A stretch of 64,000 bases of DNA, taken from the NCBI GenBank assembly GCA_016748015.1, contig JAAOMT010000772.1, forward strand, positions 3,541 through 67,540, in the 5' to 3' direction. The notes under the pieces were generated by a model. It saw only the letters and a program-made list of their open reading frames with translations, was not told the origin of the DNA and did no database searches. Positions 41,676 through 53,519 of the stretch are shown here, piece by piece. The stretch's first letter is position 1. The number at the start of each line of letters is the position of its first letter. This DNA is from Geosiphon pyriformis uo1. Lineage: Eukaryota > Fungi > Glomeromycota. The translations under genes and the position numbers were made by a program.

Positions 41676-42330
41676 TCAAGTACTGTCTGCACATTCCAGA
41701 TAGTAATCCAAAATTACTGAAGAAATTTGGTTTGAAAATTGTTGAAATTTCAGTTCTGTGAGTTTCCCAATGTATTGGATCTTCAGTGGTTGTAAAATTG
41801 GGTTTTGTAGGACATTTTCACAGGTGTAAAATAGGTTATAAAGTCTAAGAGCTGCTCTAAGTTTGTAGCAACTGTTTGTTGGTCCAGCCATTGTCTTAAA
41901 TTTGTTGTAGAGTTGTTTCTAAATGGCTTCTTTTGTGAGGTTGGCTGTTGTGAGTTCTAGTTTTTGTTTATGCAGTGTTTTTCTAATGTGAAAATATCTA
42001 TAGATTGGAGGGTATTCATTGTTTTTTTCATTAAGACACTGTCAAAGTTTTTGTTGAATTGTAGCATTTGGTAGAATGTCAATAGGTGGGAGCAATAAAT
42101 TTTCTCTCAAGGCAAGCTTCAAAAGTTCTGGTAGGTGAATTCCAGAATAACTTTTAGTGTTTTTTTTATAAGAGGTAATAATTTTGTGATTTTGGGGATA
42201 AGGTTGTGGTTGTTTCTGTTTGAGTATAATTAATATGTTTTCCTGTAATAGTAATAGATAATTCAGGTATTGTTTTTAAAGCTAACATTAATTTTTGGAA
42301 TAATTGTTGAATGTTTTGTGGAATAGTCAT
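41676..42330 (-). pseudogene. C1 additional 3' ORF (ORF3, ~218 codons), unknown function
   Basis: MTIPQNIQQLFQKLMLAL..PIYRYFHI..LRAALRLYNLFY..IGKLTELKFQQF; one frameshift in a poly-A run and three nonsense codons. Confidence 0.65.
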
Positions 42331-42454
42331 TATAATGATTTTTAAGAAACTAAAAATTTTTCTATGTGAAATTATTTTTGGGTATGTGGATTTTTATGTT
42401 ATTTTTGTAGGATTGTTTCCGAATTTTTATAGGAAAATAACTATAGTAATTAAG

Positions 42455-43835
42455 TGTTCAAGTTGGAAGGTTGTTCAATGACAACTATTGGTTCCAAATT
42501 TCAGAGAATATCTTCAGGGTTAATTAAAGGAGAATGTGTACCAATTTGTGGGATTAATGGTTCAGGATGTGTTCTGGAGTAATAATGTTTCAATTAATCT
42601 TTATGTGCAACTTTTGCTAGTATTTTTCCATCAAGTCTTAACTTATATGATCCATTTTCTAAGATTTTGTGAACAAAGACTGGTCCATCCCATTTATGTT
42701 CAAATTTTTCACTCCATTGTTTTTCAGCCTTAGTTCGGTATAAAAGAACTTTATTTCCAACTTTAAATTCGTTTGTAACTGGTGGCAGTTTGTTGTCATG
42801 TCTTTCTTTTTATTGGGCTTGTGAATTTTCAATGTGGATGGCTGCTATATGTCTTTTTCCTTCTAAAGTACTGAGAAGAGTATAAGCTCTTTACTAAAGT
42901 GTTTCTTGTAAGTTTTCTTCTGTGATTGGTTGTACTGGATATGTTTCTACTGTGAATTTAATTGGTAGTTTTGCTATTCTTCCATAAGTAAGGTCAAATG
43001 GTGTGTGTTTTGTTGTATCTTGTTTTAGTGTTCTATATGTTAGTAACACTAATAGAATAAAAATATCCCATTTCTGCTCAAAATCTGTTAAGACTTTGGC
43101 TAGTAATTCACACAATGTTCTGTTAAAATGTTCCACTAATCCATTTGTCTGTAGATGATAGGGCAAAGATAAAAGTCTTTTGACATTAAATTGTTTACAA
43201 ATTTCTTGTATCAGGTTGTTCACAAAATGTGTCCTCTGATCAGATAAAAGTTTAATTGGGCATCTATGTCTACAAATAATGTCTTTATAGATAAAATTTG
43301 CTACTGATTTTGCATCTGCTCATTGAATAGCTTTGGCTTCAGGCCATTTGGTAAGATAATTTATTGCTACTGCTATGTATTGGTTTCCTTGCATGATGAT
43401 AGGTAGCAGTCCGACTAAATTGATACCAATTCAGTCAAAAAGTTGTCCAACTTTGATTGGATTTAAAGGTTCAGTAGGGCGTGTTCCTTCTCTTCTTTGA
43501 CAACTATCACAAGATTCAACATATTGATGTATGTTTCTTCTTATTTGGGGCCAAAAATAGTATTCTAGTGTTCTTTGGGTGGTGCTGTCTTTTCTGAAGT
43601 GTGCTGATAAAGGATCTGAGTGCATGTTGTATAATATAGTCTCTTTTTTATGTTCTTGTATTAATCTAAGTGGTTTGTCTGGGTTTTTGAAATTTTGATA
43701 ATAAATAATGTTGTTGTGTAGGAAATATTGTCTGGCTTGTTGTTGTAATCAATAGTTTTCATCTGAAGACCAATTTGTTGGGATTGTTAATGTTTTTAAA
43801 TATTGTTTGAGATTGTTATAGTTTTTTGAATTCAT
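42455..43835 (-). pseudogene. C1 integrase, separately initiated
   Basis: MNSKNYNNLKQYL start; HSDPLSAHF..CDSC; TNGLVEHFNRTL; KWDGP (GPY/F-like). Confidence 0.9.
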
Positions 43836-43875
43836 TGTTTGTTGGTTGTTAGGTTTGAGTGTTGATTTGTGTTTT

Positions 43876-46800
43876 TTAATCTTGTCTCATTCTGGAGAGA
43901 AGTCAATATTGGTGTGGAGTTTTTCTGGTTTGTGATGTACTATATATTGGTAGTTTGCTAAAAATTCTGTCTATTTGGTTTGTTTTGCATTCAACTTCGT
44001 GTTTTTGTTTTGTAACCATTTGAGTCCAATATTATCAGTAATAATATCAAATTCCTTAGGTTTGAGATAAAGGTCAAAGTGGTGTAAGACCCATATTACT
44101 GCTGCAGTTTCTAATTCCATTGTTGGATAGTTTTTCTTGGCTGGTTTTAGTGTTCTACTGGCATAAGCAATTACTCATTTATTGCTGCTGTTGTCTAATT
44201 GTGATAAGATGGCACCAAAAGCAGTATATAAGGCATCTGTGGGTAATCGGAATTGGTTATTGAAGTCTGAGTAGGCAAGAATTGAAGCTGTGATGAGCTT
44301 TTCTTTGAGTTTTTCGAATGCATTTTGGTGTTCTTCTGTCCACTTGTATTCTGTGTTTTTGGTGTTGAGTTGGTTAAGAGATTTTGCAATCTCTGAGAAT
44401 CTTTTAATGAATTTTCAATAATAGGAAGCTAATCCAACAAATCCTCTTAATTCTGTGGTATTCCGTGAAACTTTGAAATTTTTAACAGTACTAATTTTTC
44501 CTGGATCTGGTTTAACTCCTTCTTCATTAACAATATGACCAAGAAAAACCAAACTTGTTTTTCCAAAATGGCATTTCTCGATGTTTAATTTTAATCCTGC
44601 TTTACATAATTATTGAAAAACTTCTTACAAGTAAATTAGATAGAGTTTAAAAGATGGTAAATAAACATCAGTGTCGTCAAGGTAGACAACTACTGATTTC
44701 CAAAGAAGTTCAGTATATACAACATCCATGAGTCTCTGGAATGTTGCTGGGGCATTACACAATCCAAAGGGCATTACATTGAATTTGTAGTTCCCTCTTT
44801 GCATGGTAAATGCTGTTTTGGGATGGTCTTTGGAGTCCATGACAACTTGCCAGTATCTGCTTTTTAAATCCAATGTTAAAAAGTATTTGGATTTTCCAAG
44901 AGCATCTAACATATCATCAATTCGAGAAAGAGAGTAGGTATTTTCAATGGTAATATTGTTTAATTGTCTATAGTCAATGCAAAATCAAATTTTTCTATTT
45001 TTCTTTTTAACAAGTACTACTGGTGAAGCCCATGGGCTCATTGATAATTGGATGAGCCCATTGTTGAGCATCCTTTGAACTTCTTCTTGGATAAATTGAT
45101 GGCTTTCTGGGGCAACTCGGTATGTTTGTTGTCATCTAGGTTTGGCATTTCCTGTATAGATTTGATGTTAAACCAAATCAGTTCTTTCTAAATCATTGTT
45201 GTTTTCAGCAAATATGTCTGCATGTTCTGCAATTAACTCCTTAAGCTGATTTTGTTGTTGGGGCTCTAGTTGTCCCATGTTAATTTGGGATAATTTTCCA
45301 ATAACAATGTGGTAGTTTTCAGAGCTGGGTTTTGGATTGAATTTTGGGAGAGAATGTCCAATAATTTCTGAAAAATTTAAAACTGTTTGGGGTAATTCTT
45401 GTTGAAAAATTTTGCTATGAATAATTCCGATTTCCAAATTATTTAGTAAAATGATGGGGTGATGATTGGAGTTGTAAAAAGTAACTTGGACTTTCTTCAT
45501 TCCTTTTGGAATATAAATGTTTGGGATTGAGATGCCATGTTTCGTGCAAATTTGTTCATTGGCTTCAAAAATTTGTTGAGTAGTGGTGAGTTTTCTGCAG
45601 GTATAAATTTCGTGATGTTCTCCAAATGATAAAATAGTTATTGGTTGTGGAAGTCTGAGAATCTGGTAAGATTCATTCTGTGTATTAAGAACTATATTAA
45701 CTGGAACCATGAATCATCCAGTTGAACCAAAACCTTGGGTTTCTCTCTCACTTTTCCCTAATTGTTCTCTTTGATTGACTAATTGCAAACCCAAAATGTT
45801 GATTAAGGGTAAATAAATAGCTTGGACAATCTTTTTAGCATGTTCAATCTTGAATGGTTTGTCAGTTTCATTTTGAAGCATTACTGTAATATTTTTAGTG
45901 TATCCAGCATCAATAATTCTTTCTCTTATGTTGATTCCTTTGCTTGCTAAGGAGGATTGGGAAGCAATTTGTACCATCATTCCTGGTGGGATTTCAAGGG
46001 CAATTTTTAGATTAATTCTCGTAAGAGATTTTGGTTAAAGAATGAGGGTATCTTTTTCTGGATATCTTAGATCATATCTAGCATCAATTTCGTGGGCTTT
46101 CTCAGGCTTGATTTCTTGTTCTTTATTGTTGAAGTATTTGAGTATTATGACAGGTTGGTTTTCGGCGAGATAAATAAGAGTTACTGGGACTTCTTCATCT
46201 TGTATTCTAAATTCGATTTTATGCTGGTTATTTTTAATTGGTAGTGGGATGCTAAGAGCATAGCATTCAGAACACCACTGTTTATCACAAGGCATAATGT
46301 ATTCTTTACATAGTCTAATGTTCATTTGCTCTAATCATTGAATTTGAGCTTCTTGGGTTGGGTAGGTGTAACTTGCAATTTGGTGGTAGACTTCTATTTC
46401 ATTTTCATAATCAAATTCAGCTAATTTCATGGTGTATTCAATGTATTTTGCTTCCTTCATTTGACGGACATCTTCTTTGGTAGCTCTATTAATCATCTCA
46501 GCATTATGGGGGTAGTGATAAAGTTTGTTGAAAGCACTATTGTATGCTGCATCAAAGGATGTTCTTCTTTTGACTTTTTCTGAAATTGATAAAGCATATT
46601 GGCAGGTTTGATTGCAGACTCCTCCTCTTATTGCTACATCAATCCAATTGTATTCTTCTAGTAGTATATCTCCACAAGTCAAACAAGGAGTGTTGTCCTA
46701 TTTTCCACTTCTTTTTATTAGATGGCTCCATCATTTTCTGTGGCAAGTCTTGCAGTAATAATAAGTATGATTTTTATATTCTTCTTCAGGTAAAATGCAG

Positions 46801-49467
46801 GCTCTCATTGATGAAAGTTTTTTGTTACAATCTCTGCATTTAAGTGGAATGTAGGGTGATTGTTTTCGTGGTTCTGGTATAGAATATCTAACTTTCTTCC
46901 ATCTTCTTGATTCTTCAAAGATTTCTTGTTCTGTTTCCTCAGCCCAATTGGATGTTGATCCAAGAGCCATGTAGGTTTCAGTGAGTGGCATTTCTTTCTC
47001 TTTTTCAAATTCAAGTACTGAGGCTTTTTCTAATCATTTGTTGAAAGTTCCACATGTAGCAGATACTATGATGTGTTGTTCTTGATATGAGATTTTTAAT
47101 TTCTGAGTTTCCCAATCTAAATTTGCATTGGCCTTGAAAGCCAATCATTTTCGATAAGAGCTTGGTATTGGGGTGCATCCATGACTAGGACTTTAACTAA
47201 AATAGTAATTCTATCAATGGTGAATGAAAAATTATCAATTTCTTCTACTGGTGTTTTCTTTATACCATCTGCTGTAATGATAACAGTTTGAACTGGTCTA
47301 TCAACAGTTCATTAAAGCTGTTGCATTAATTGGTAGGTGATAATACTTCCAGCAGATCCACTGTCTAATATTAAGCGAATTGGTTTTTCTTTTACTTTAG
47401 CTTCAGTATACATTGCTGTAATAGCTTTTTGTTTGTTAACTGCTACATTGCTGAGTAGAGATGGTAATTTATTGGCTTCAAATTTGAATGGAAAGATGTC
47501 TGAAAAATTGGTGTTTCAGGCAATTCTAGCTGGTGAGATAGTATTGTTGGAAAGATTTTGTCTTGGTGCTACAGCTTCACCTTCAAAAAGTGCAGTTTGC
47601 TGAAAATTTGATTCCTCTGATATTGTAAGATAACTGAGTTGAGCGTGATAGTATGTGGGCCTATGTTGATTCGAATTTTGAGTGGTTAATTGGTTGTTGG
47701 AATTAAATCTGTTGTTGTTTGTTGAAAAATAGTTTTGTGATGTAAATTAATTATGTTGAATCAATCTTCTGGCTGGCACTTAATATTGTGATGTGGATGG
47801 TTGTTAATGCTGTTGTTGGATTGGTTGTGGAGCAGGTTGATAATAGTGGTTTGGATATTGTGGCCTTGATAAATATTGAGCTAGTGGTGGTAGATAATAT
47901 GATTGTTGTAATTGGGAATAACGTTGATTATTCTTTTGTTGTTGGTCTCATTGCAATTTTCTACAATCGCATTTCCAGTGTTCTGGAATTCCACAATAAT
48001 AACAATTTTGGATTTGGTTGTTGGATGGTAGTTCGAAGTTGTTTTGATTGCGTTATTGTGGGAGTTGGTATTTTTGTGGTTGTTGTGATTGCTGCGGCTG
48101 CTGTTGTTGCTGTTGGTTAGTGAAGTGGTTTTCAACTTTTTTGGTTAATTAGTCAATCTTTTCTTTAGCTGCTGAGCTGGTTTCTTCAATAGCCAGGTTA
48201 ACAAATTTGGTACAGTTGGCTTCTTCTATGGCCATTTCATAGTTTTTCACCTGTTGAATAGCAGTGACTAAATTTTCTGGTGCATGTGGGCAAACTTTCT
48301 TGATAAGTTTGTCTTTTAGTTCAGCAATGAATTGATCCAAGATTTGTGCATTGGAGTAGTATTTATTTGTTTCTAATTGGTGAATCCTTTTAAGCAGTTT
48401 GTTGAATTTTTCAAGATAGGCCATAACTGATTCACTTGGTTCTTGCTTGATATTTCAGAACCGATTTCGAAGGGTAATGAAAGTGTTATTGTCAGTAAAC
48501 TGTTCTAGGAAAGCAGTTTTGAATGCTTCCCAGTTTTCTGGTGGGGCTTCTAAGTTTTCAAAACATTCGCCAGCCATTTCTTATAAGAAATATGGAATTG
48601 CTTTTAACATTCTGGCAGCATTCTAACCATTTGCATCTTCTGCTTTTGAGACTTTGTCAAGCCATTCTTGAGGACTGGTTTTGCTGTCTTTTCCTGTAAA
48701 CTTAGGAATTTTTGCAATATATGTGGAAGCCATTTTTTCTTCATTTTCAACATCTTCTGTTTCTAATTCTGCTTTAGTTTCTTCACTTTCCAAGCTTTCT
48801 GAATGATTACTTTCGTTTTTCTGTAGGTAATCAAGAAGGTTGGTGCTAGTTGATACTGGTTCCTACTGTTGAGTAGGTCTTTTTGGTGAGGTGAAATCTT
48901 CTGGTCTTGAAAATCGAATAAGAGATGAATTTGGTGTTTGTGGTTGAGCAAGTAAAATTGGAAATGGTGTAATAGAAAGTGGTAATTTGAGACTGGTTTC
49001 TTGTTCAAGTGTTTGCAAGTGTTTAGCAGTTGTCTTTGTCAGTATTGAAGTGTTTGAAGTGGTTTTTGAGTGTTGTTTTGCTTTTTGTTTGCCTTTGTTG
49101 CTTGTTTCTGTTTCTGATTCAAAGTCAAAAGAGTATTTGGACTGCACTGGATTTTTTTTTCACAATACTTGATAATGTTATAATTGAGTTCTTGAAAGTA
49201 GGTGGCAAGTGTTTCACTGTTAAGGTCTTCAGTTTTTAATCGTGAATAGTGCACTAAATTATTGTAGAGGTTGCTTCTAATTTCTGAAATGTTGTAATTT
49301 CCAAGAAAATAATTGTTGATATAGTTTTCAATATATAGGTAAAGTGTTCTCTTGACAATTTCAATTCCATCTGGAATGTTGAATCTTTGCTTGCAATGGG
49401 TGTAAATTGACTGGTAATACTCTAAAGTTGCTGTGTCTGGTGTGGTCACCATTTTGAATTTTGTCAT
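43876..49467 (-). pseudogene. C1 gag-PR-Cys-rich-dUTPase-RT-RNase H polyprotein
   Basis: IPKFTG..W; CYYCGIPEHWKCDC knuckle; LILDSGSAGSII; CRDC..CKTC; DARYDLRYP, SQSSLASKG, IIDAGY, GFGSTG; VMPFGLCNAPATFQRLM, VVVYLDD; RNase H. Confidence 0.93.
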
Positions 49468-50699
49468 TGCTGTGTTATTTCAATGGGAGAGCACCAAATA
49501 TTACCAGAGGTTTTTGGTCTCTTTTTTTAAATGTTGTTGATGCCTGTTTGCTGTAAATTCATATTTTCTAAATGTGGTTGAACCTCCAGTAACTGAATTT
49601 ATCTTCAAATTATCTCCTATAATTTGAACTGCTGGGCTTATAAGTGGAATGGCCAATTCCATCCCAGTTACTTGTGTAGTTACATTGTAGTAAATGTCAA
49701 CTCTTTCCCAGGAATTGCTTGTCTAAGAGCTTACTAAAAATGTGTAGTTACTTTGCTGTGAAAGTCAATTCTTCTACAGAAATCTCATCTGTAGGTTACC
49801 CAAATGATGATAATAAGAAAAAGAAGAGAAAAATAAAAGAATGTAAAAGAAAGGGAATTTTGTCAAGGGAAACGTTTTCTATCCAGGCCTGGAGTTACTA
49901 ACAGTTTACTAAAATTGGTAGCTAATCAATTTCAAAACGTTAATTGGGTTTTGAGAATTTTTAAGTGCAATAATTAAGGAAGTTGATTTTTGAATTATTT
50001 GATTTTTATTTCATTTTTTTTTTTGTGAGAACAATTCTAATTAATAAGTTTCAAGTAAGATATCTAAAGATAAGGATACATTTTCTCGAAGAGAGAAGCT
50101 CTTCTTTTATACAACTTGTTGTAGTACTAGTCTATGAACTTGAACTATTTTTTTTACTATAATTTTAATGAACTAAAGATACCTTTTGGCAAACTTACAA
50201 GTTATTTCTACTATTGAATATTTTGGTAAACTATTAATTATTTCTACAAATTTCTGCAAATTTCAGCAAACTCTTGAATATTAAATAGTTCGGGGTATTG
50301 TGTAATTTGATCATCCTAATTTCTATAATACAAATCAGGTTATTAATTGATTGATAATATTCGATAATTTGATTAAATAATAAGTGATAATTTGAATGAT
50401 AATATATGCTAATTTAATGGTAGAAATTATAAAAGTAATATTATGTTAATTAATATCTCAAGTTTCAGTTGGTAACATTGGAATTAAGAATAGTTTACCA
50501 GAGAACTAACCACCAAGTTGAGAAAAAAATTGACAAAATAAAACCTTCTGGAAGACTACAGACACCAAAACATACCAACTCAAAAATTGGAAAAAAAACT
50601 AAAACATTACCAAAAGATATTATCATTAAATCTTTGTTCATTATACCAAGAACTTTATTAAAATTTTTAGATATTATTTAATCTCAAGCTATTGAACAC

Positions 50700-51682
50700 T
50701 GTTACTGAAGGTTTTTGGTCTCTTTTCTTGAATGTTGTTGATGTTGATTTGCTGTGAATTCACGTTTCCAGGAAGTAGTTGAACCTCCAGTAACTGAATT
50801 TATCTTCAAATTATTTCCTATAATTTGAACTACTGGGCTTATAAATGGAATGGCCAATTCTGTGCCAGTTGTTTTGTGTAGTTACATTCTAGTAAACGTT
50901 AACTCTTTCTTAGGAATTGCTCATCTGGAAGCTCACTAAAAATGTGTAGTTACTTTGCTGTGAAAGTCAATTCTTCTATAGGAATCTCATCTGTAGACTA
51001 CCCTAATGATTATAATAAGAAAATAAAAAAAAGAAAATAAAAGAAATGTAAAAGAAATAGAATTCTGTTAAGAAAAACGTTTTCTATCCAGGTCTGGAGT
51101 CACTAACAGTTTATTGAAATTGGTAGCTAATCAATTTTAAAACTGTTTAGTAGAAATTGGTTAATTTCAAAAGAGAAATAATTAAGGATTTGATTTTTCG
51201 AATTATTTGATATTTATTTCATTTTTGTGTGTAAAGGATGATTCTAATTGTTAAATCTGAAGTAAGATACATTTTTTTGAAGAGAAAAGCTCTTCTTTTA
51301 TACAACTTGTCGTAACACTATTCTATGAACTTGAACTTTGCTCTTTTCTACAATTTTACTGAACTAAAGATACATTTTGGCAAACTACAAGTTATTTCTG
51401 CAAACTATTAGATATTTTAGTAAACTATTAATTATTTCGGCAAATTTCTACAAATTTTGGCAAACTTTTGAATGTTACATATTTCGGGGTATTGTATGAT
51501 TGATCATCGCAATTAGGTTACATCTGTGTTATGTACAAATTGGGTTATTAATTAAATGATAATTTCGGACATTTTGCTAATATAATAAGTAATAATTTGA
51601 AATGATAATATATGCTAATTAATGATAGGAATTATAAAGATAATTTCATGCTAAATAATATCTCTAATTCCATCTGGTAACA
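50700..51682 (-). mobile_element. Solo LTR of family C
   Basis: TGTTAC..GGTAACA, colinear with 40664-41641; perfect 4-bp TSD ACAC at 50696-50699 and 51683-51686. Confidence 0.95.
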
Positions 51683-51754
51683 ACACCAAGTTACAGATTT
51701 GTTATTTGTATCAATATTCCAAATAATTATCTATAATACTAGTTATTAAGCTAA

Positions 51755-52374
51755 TGTTACTCATAAAATATAAAAATTATATTAGCCAATCAGAAATAGA
51801 TATAGTAAATAAAGAATTTTAGGATTTTTTTTAAAGAAATTACAGGATTCCAAAATTATAGAATTCTTATATAAAGAATTGCAGAATTTCAGAAATTCTA
51901 AAATTTCTTTTAAGGAATTGTAAGATTCCAAAAATTCCAAAATTTTTGGTATGAAAAATTAAGGAATTAAAGAATCTTAATTATGTATATATAGTAATAG
52001 TATTAGAAACAAAAAATACAAACATTTAAGTTTTATTTCTTAGTTAGCATCCATATATTTATATTATCAATAAATATACTTATTAATTATATTAATTCAA
52101 TTGTTTACGATTAACACTTTATGTTGATAGTAATCCATATTTGACTATATTGAAACAATAACTCTTAATTATGGTTATTGACAGAATACTAACTTAATTG
52201 TCTTAGCTTATTTTTTTATTTTCTTTTTTATTTTATTTTCTCTTTTATTAATTGTATACTAATTAATTAAAGATTAAACACTAAGTTATTAACATCAGGA
52301 TATAATATTGGTAAAAGACCCAGGAATAAAAGTAGACATTCAGATTTGAGGATAATTTACTAAGAGATTGCTGG
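51755..52374 (+). mobile_element. 5' portion of another family-B LTR (B2), interrupted by A1
   Basis: Starts TGTTACTCATA and is colinear with 30904-31570. Confidence 0.88.
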
Positions 52375-52429
52375 TGTTACCTAAGTAAAAAAACCAATCC
52401 AAAGTTATGAAGAAATGTGACCAAAATGT

Positions 52430-52620
52430 GACATAATACAGAATAACATGCAATAATGTTGGATAATACGTTATAACATAGGATAACATGTTATAACACA
52501 GGATAACACAGAATAGCATGCAATAACGTAGGATAACATGTTATAATACAGGATAACACAGAATAACATATAATAATGTCAAATAATGTGTTATAATATA
52601 GGATAACTAGTGATAATGTA
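52430..52620 (+). repeat. 10-bp-period tandem repeat (ATAACAYRKN)n in U3 of LTR A
   Basis: ataacacagg ataacacaga atagcatgca ataacgtagg ataacatgtt...; eroded rc copy at ~27490-27600. Confidence 0.85.
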
Positions 52621-53519
52621 GAAAAACAAAGCAATAACAGAAACAACAAAGCAATAGCTAGCAATAGCGAGACAATTGAAAGCAATCCTGTAAAACCAAA
52701 AAAATGTATAAAAGCAAGTAGTTGTAGAAGTGAAAAAAGACAAACAGATAGATACAAATCTCTAGACCAGAATTAAAATATCCATATCCCTTCATCCTTT
52801 ATTATCTTCTCTATTTTATCTCCTGAAATAAACCAATTATTAAAGAAATCAGAATCATGAATTCATGTTTTCGAACTTCGTGGAATTTATGTGAATTAAC
52901 TTTTCTCTCATACCTTCATTCTAGAACAGATGCTCTTAGCATAACCACCTCGAACCTATTAACAATTTGAACCAATTGCTCTTGATCATGGCAATTGATG
53001 ATACTAATTTATCTTTTCTCTCTTTTCTTTTCTTTTCTTTTTTTTTTTCTTTCTTTTTCTGTCTTATTTTTGTGAAGTGGCAACATAGTAAAATTGACTG
53101 TCTGAGAATAGACTTCGTGATAGCTTGGTAAAAGAGGGAAGCTCCCCTTAAGTTTTGGATATTAACATTATCTTGTTAGCTTACCAGAAAGGTGAAAAGA
53201 CAATGCCAGACCCTAATGACTGTGCTTGTTAGCTCAGAAAAGAAAGCTTATATTTATGAAAAATATTGCAATCGATGAAAAACAAACTCTGTGTCTTATA
53301 ACCAAAGAACTCAATGGGTAAAATTCACATCTAGAAATAGATCTTCAGAAACTGATAATCAAGACTAAGCCAACAGAATTACGCAGAAGACGTATCATCA
53401 ATAATTGAGAGCACCAAATGTTACCATTTCCCATACCCACCAAGTTTACCCATAATATTTGGTGCTTTCTGTGAGGTTATAAATCCACAGAGACAGAGCA
53501 CTCCCAAAAATACATAAAA

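Larger units (their letters stand above)
40664..50477 (-). mobile_element. Complete Ty3/gypsy element C1 inserted in the 3' LTR of B1
   Basis: LTRs 49499-50477 (5') and 40664-41641 (3'), ~978 bp, TGTTA..TAACA ends. PBS TTTGGTGCTCTCCC at 49498-49485; PPT GAGAAAGAGG next to 41642. TSD tcaa/ttgg (inferred ancestral TCGG). Confidence 0.95.
30904..51738 (+). mobile_element. Ty3/gypsy LTR retrotransposon B1, strongly eroded; 3' LTR interrupted twice
   Basis: 5' LTR 30904-31827 (TATTAC..TGTAACA), PBS TTTGGGGCTTCTTGTAAG. Gag KLEKFTG; PR LILDSDSAGSII (34240); Cys-rich region; dUTPase (35676-36100); RT YLDN (37121); RH; IN; ORF3; PPT ~40029-40044. 3' LTR pieces 40045-40663, 50482-50699 and 51687-51738. 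TSD not clean (gcag/ctag). Confidence 0.9.
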
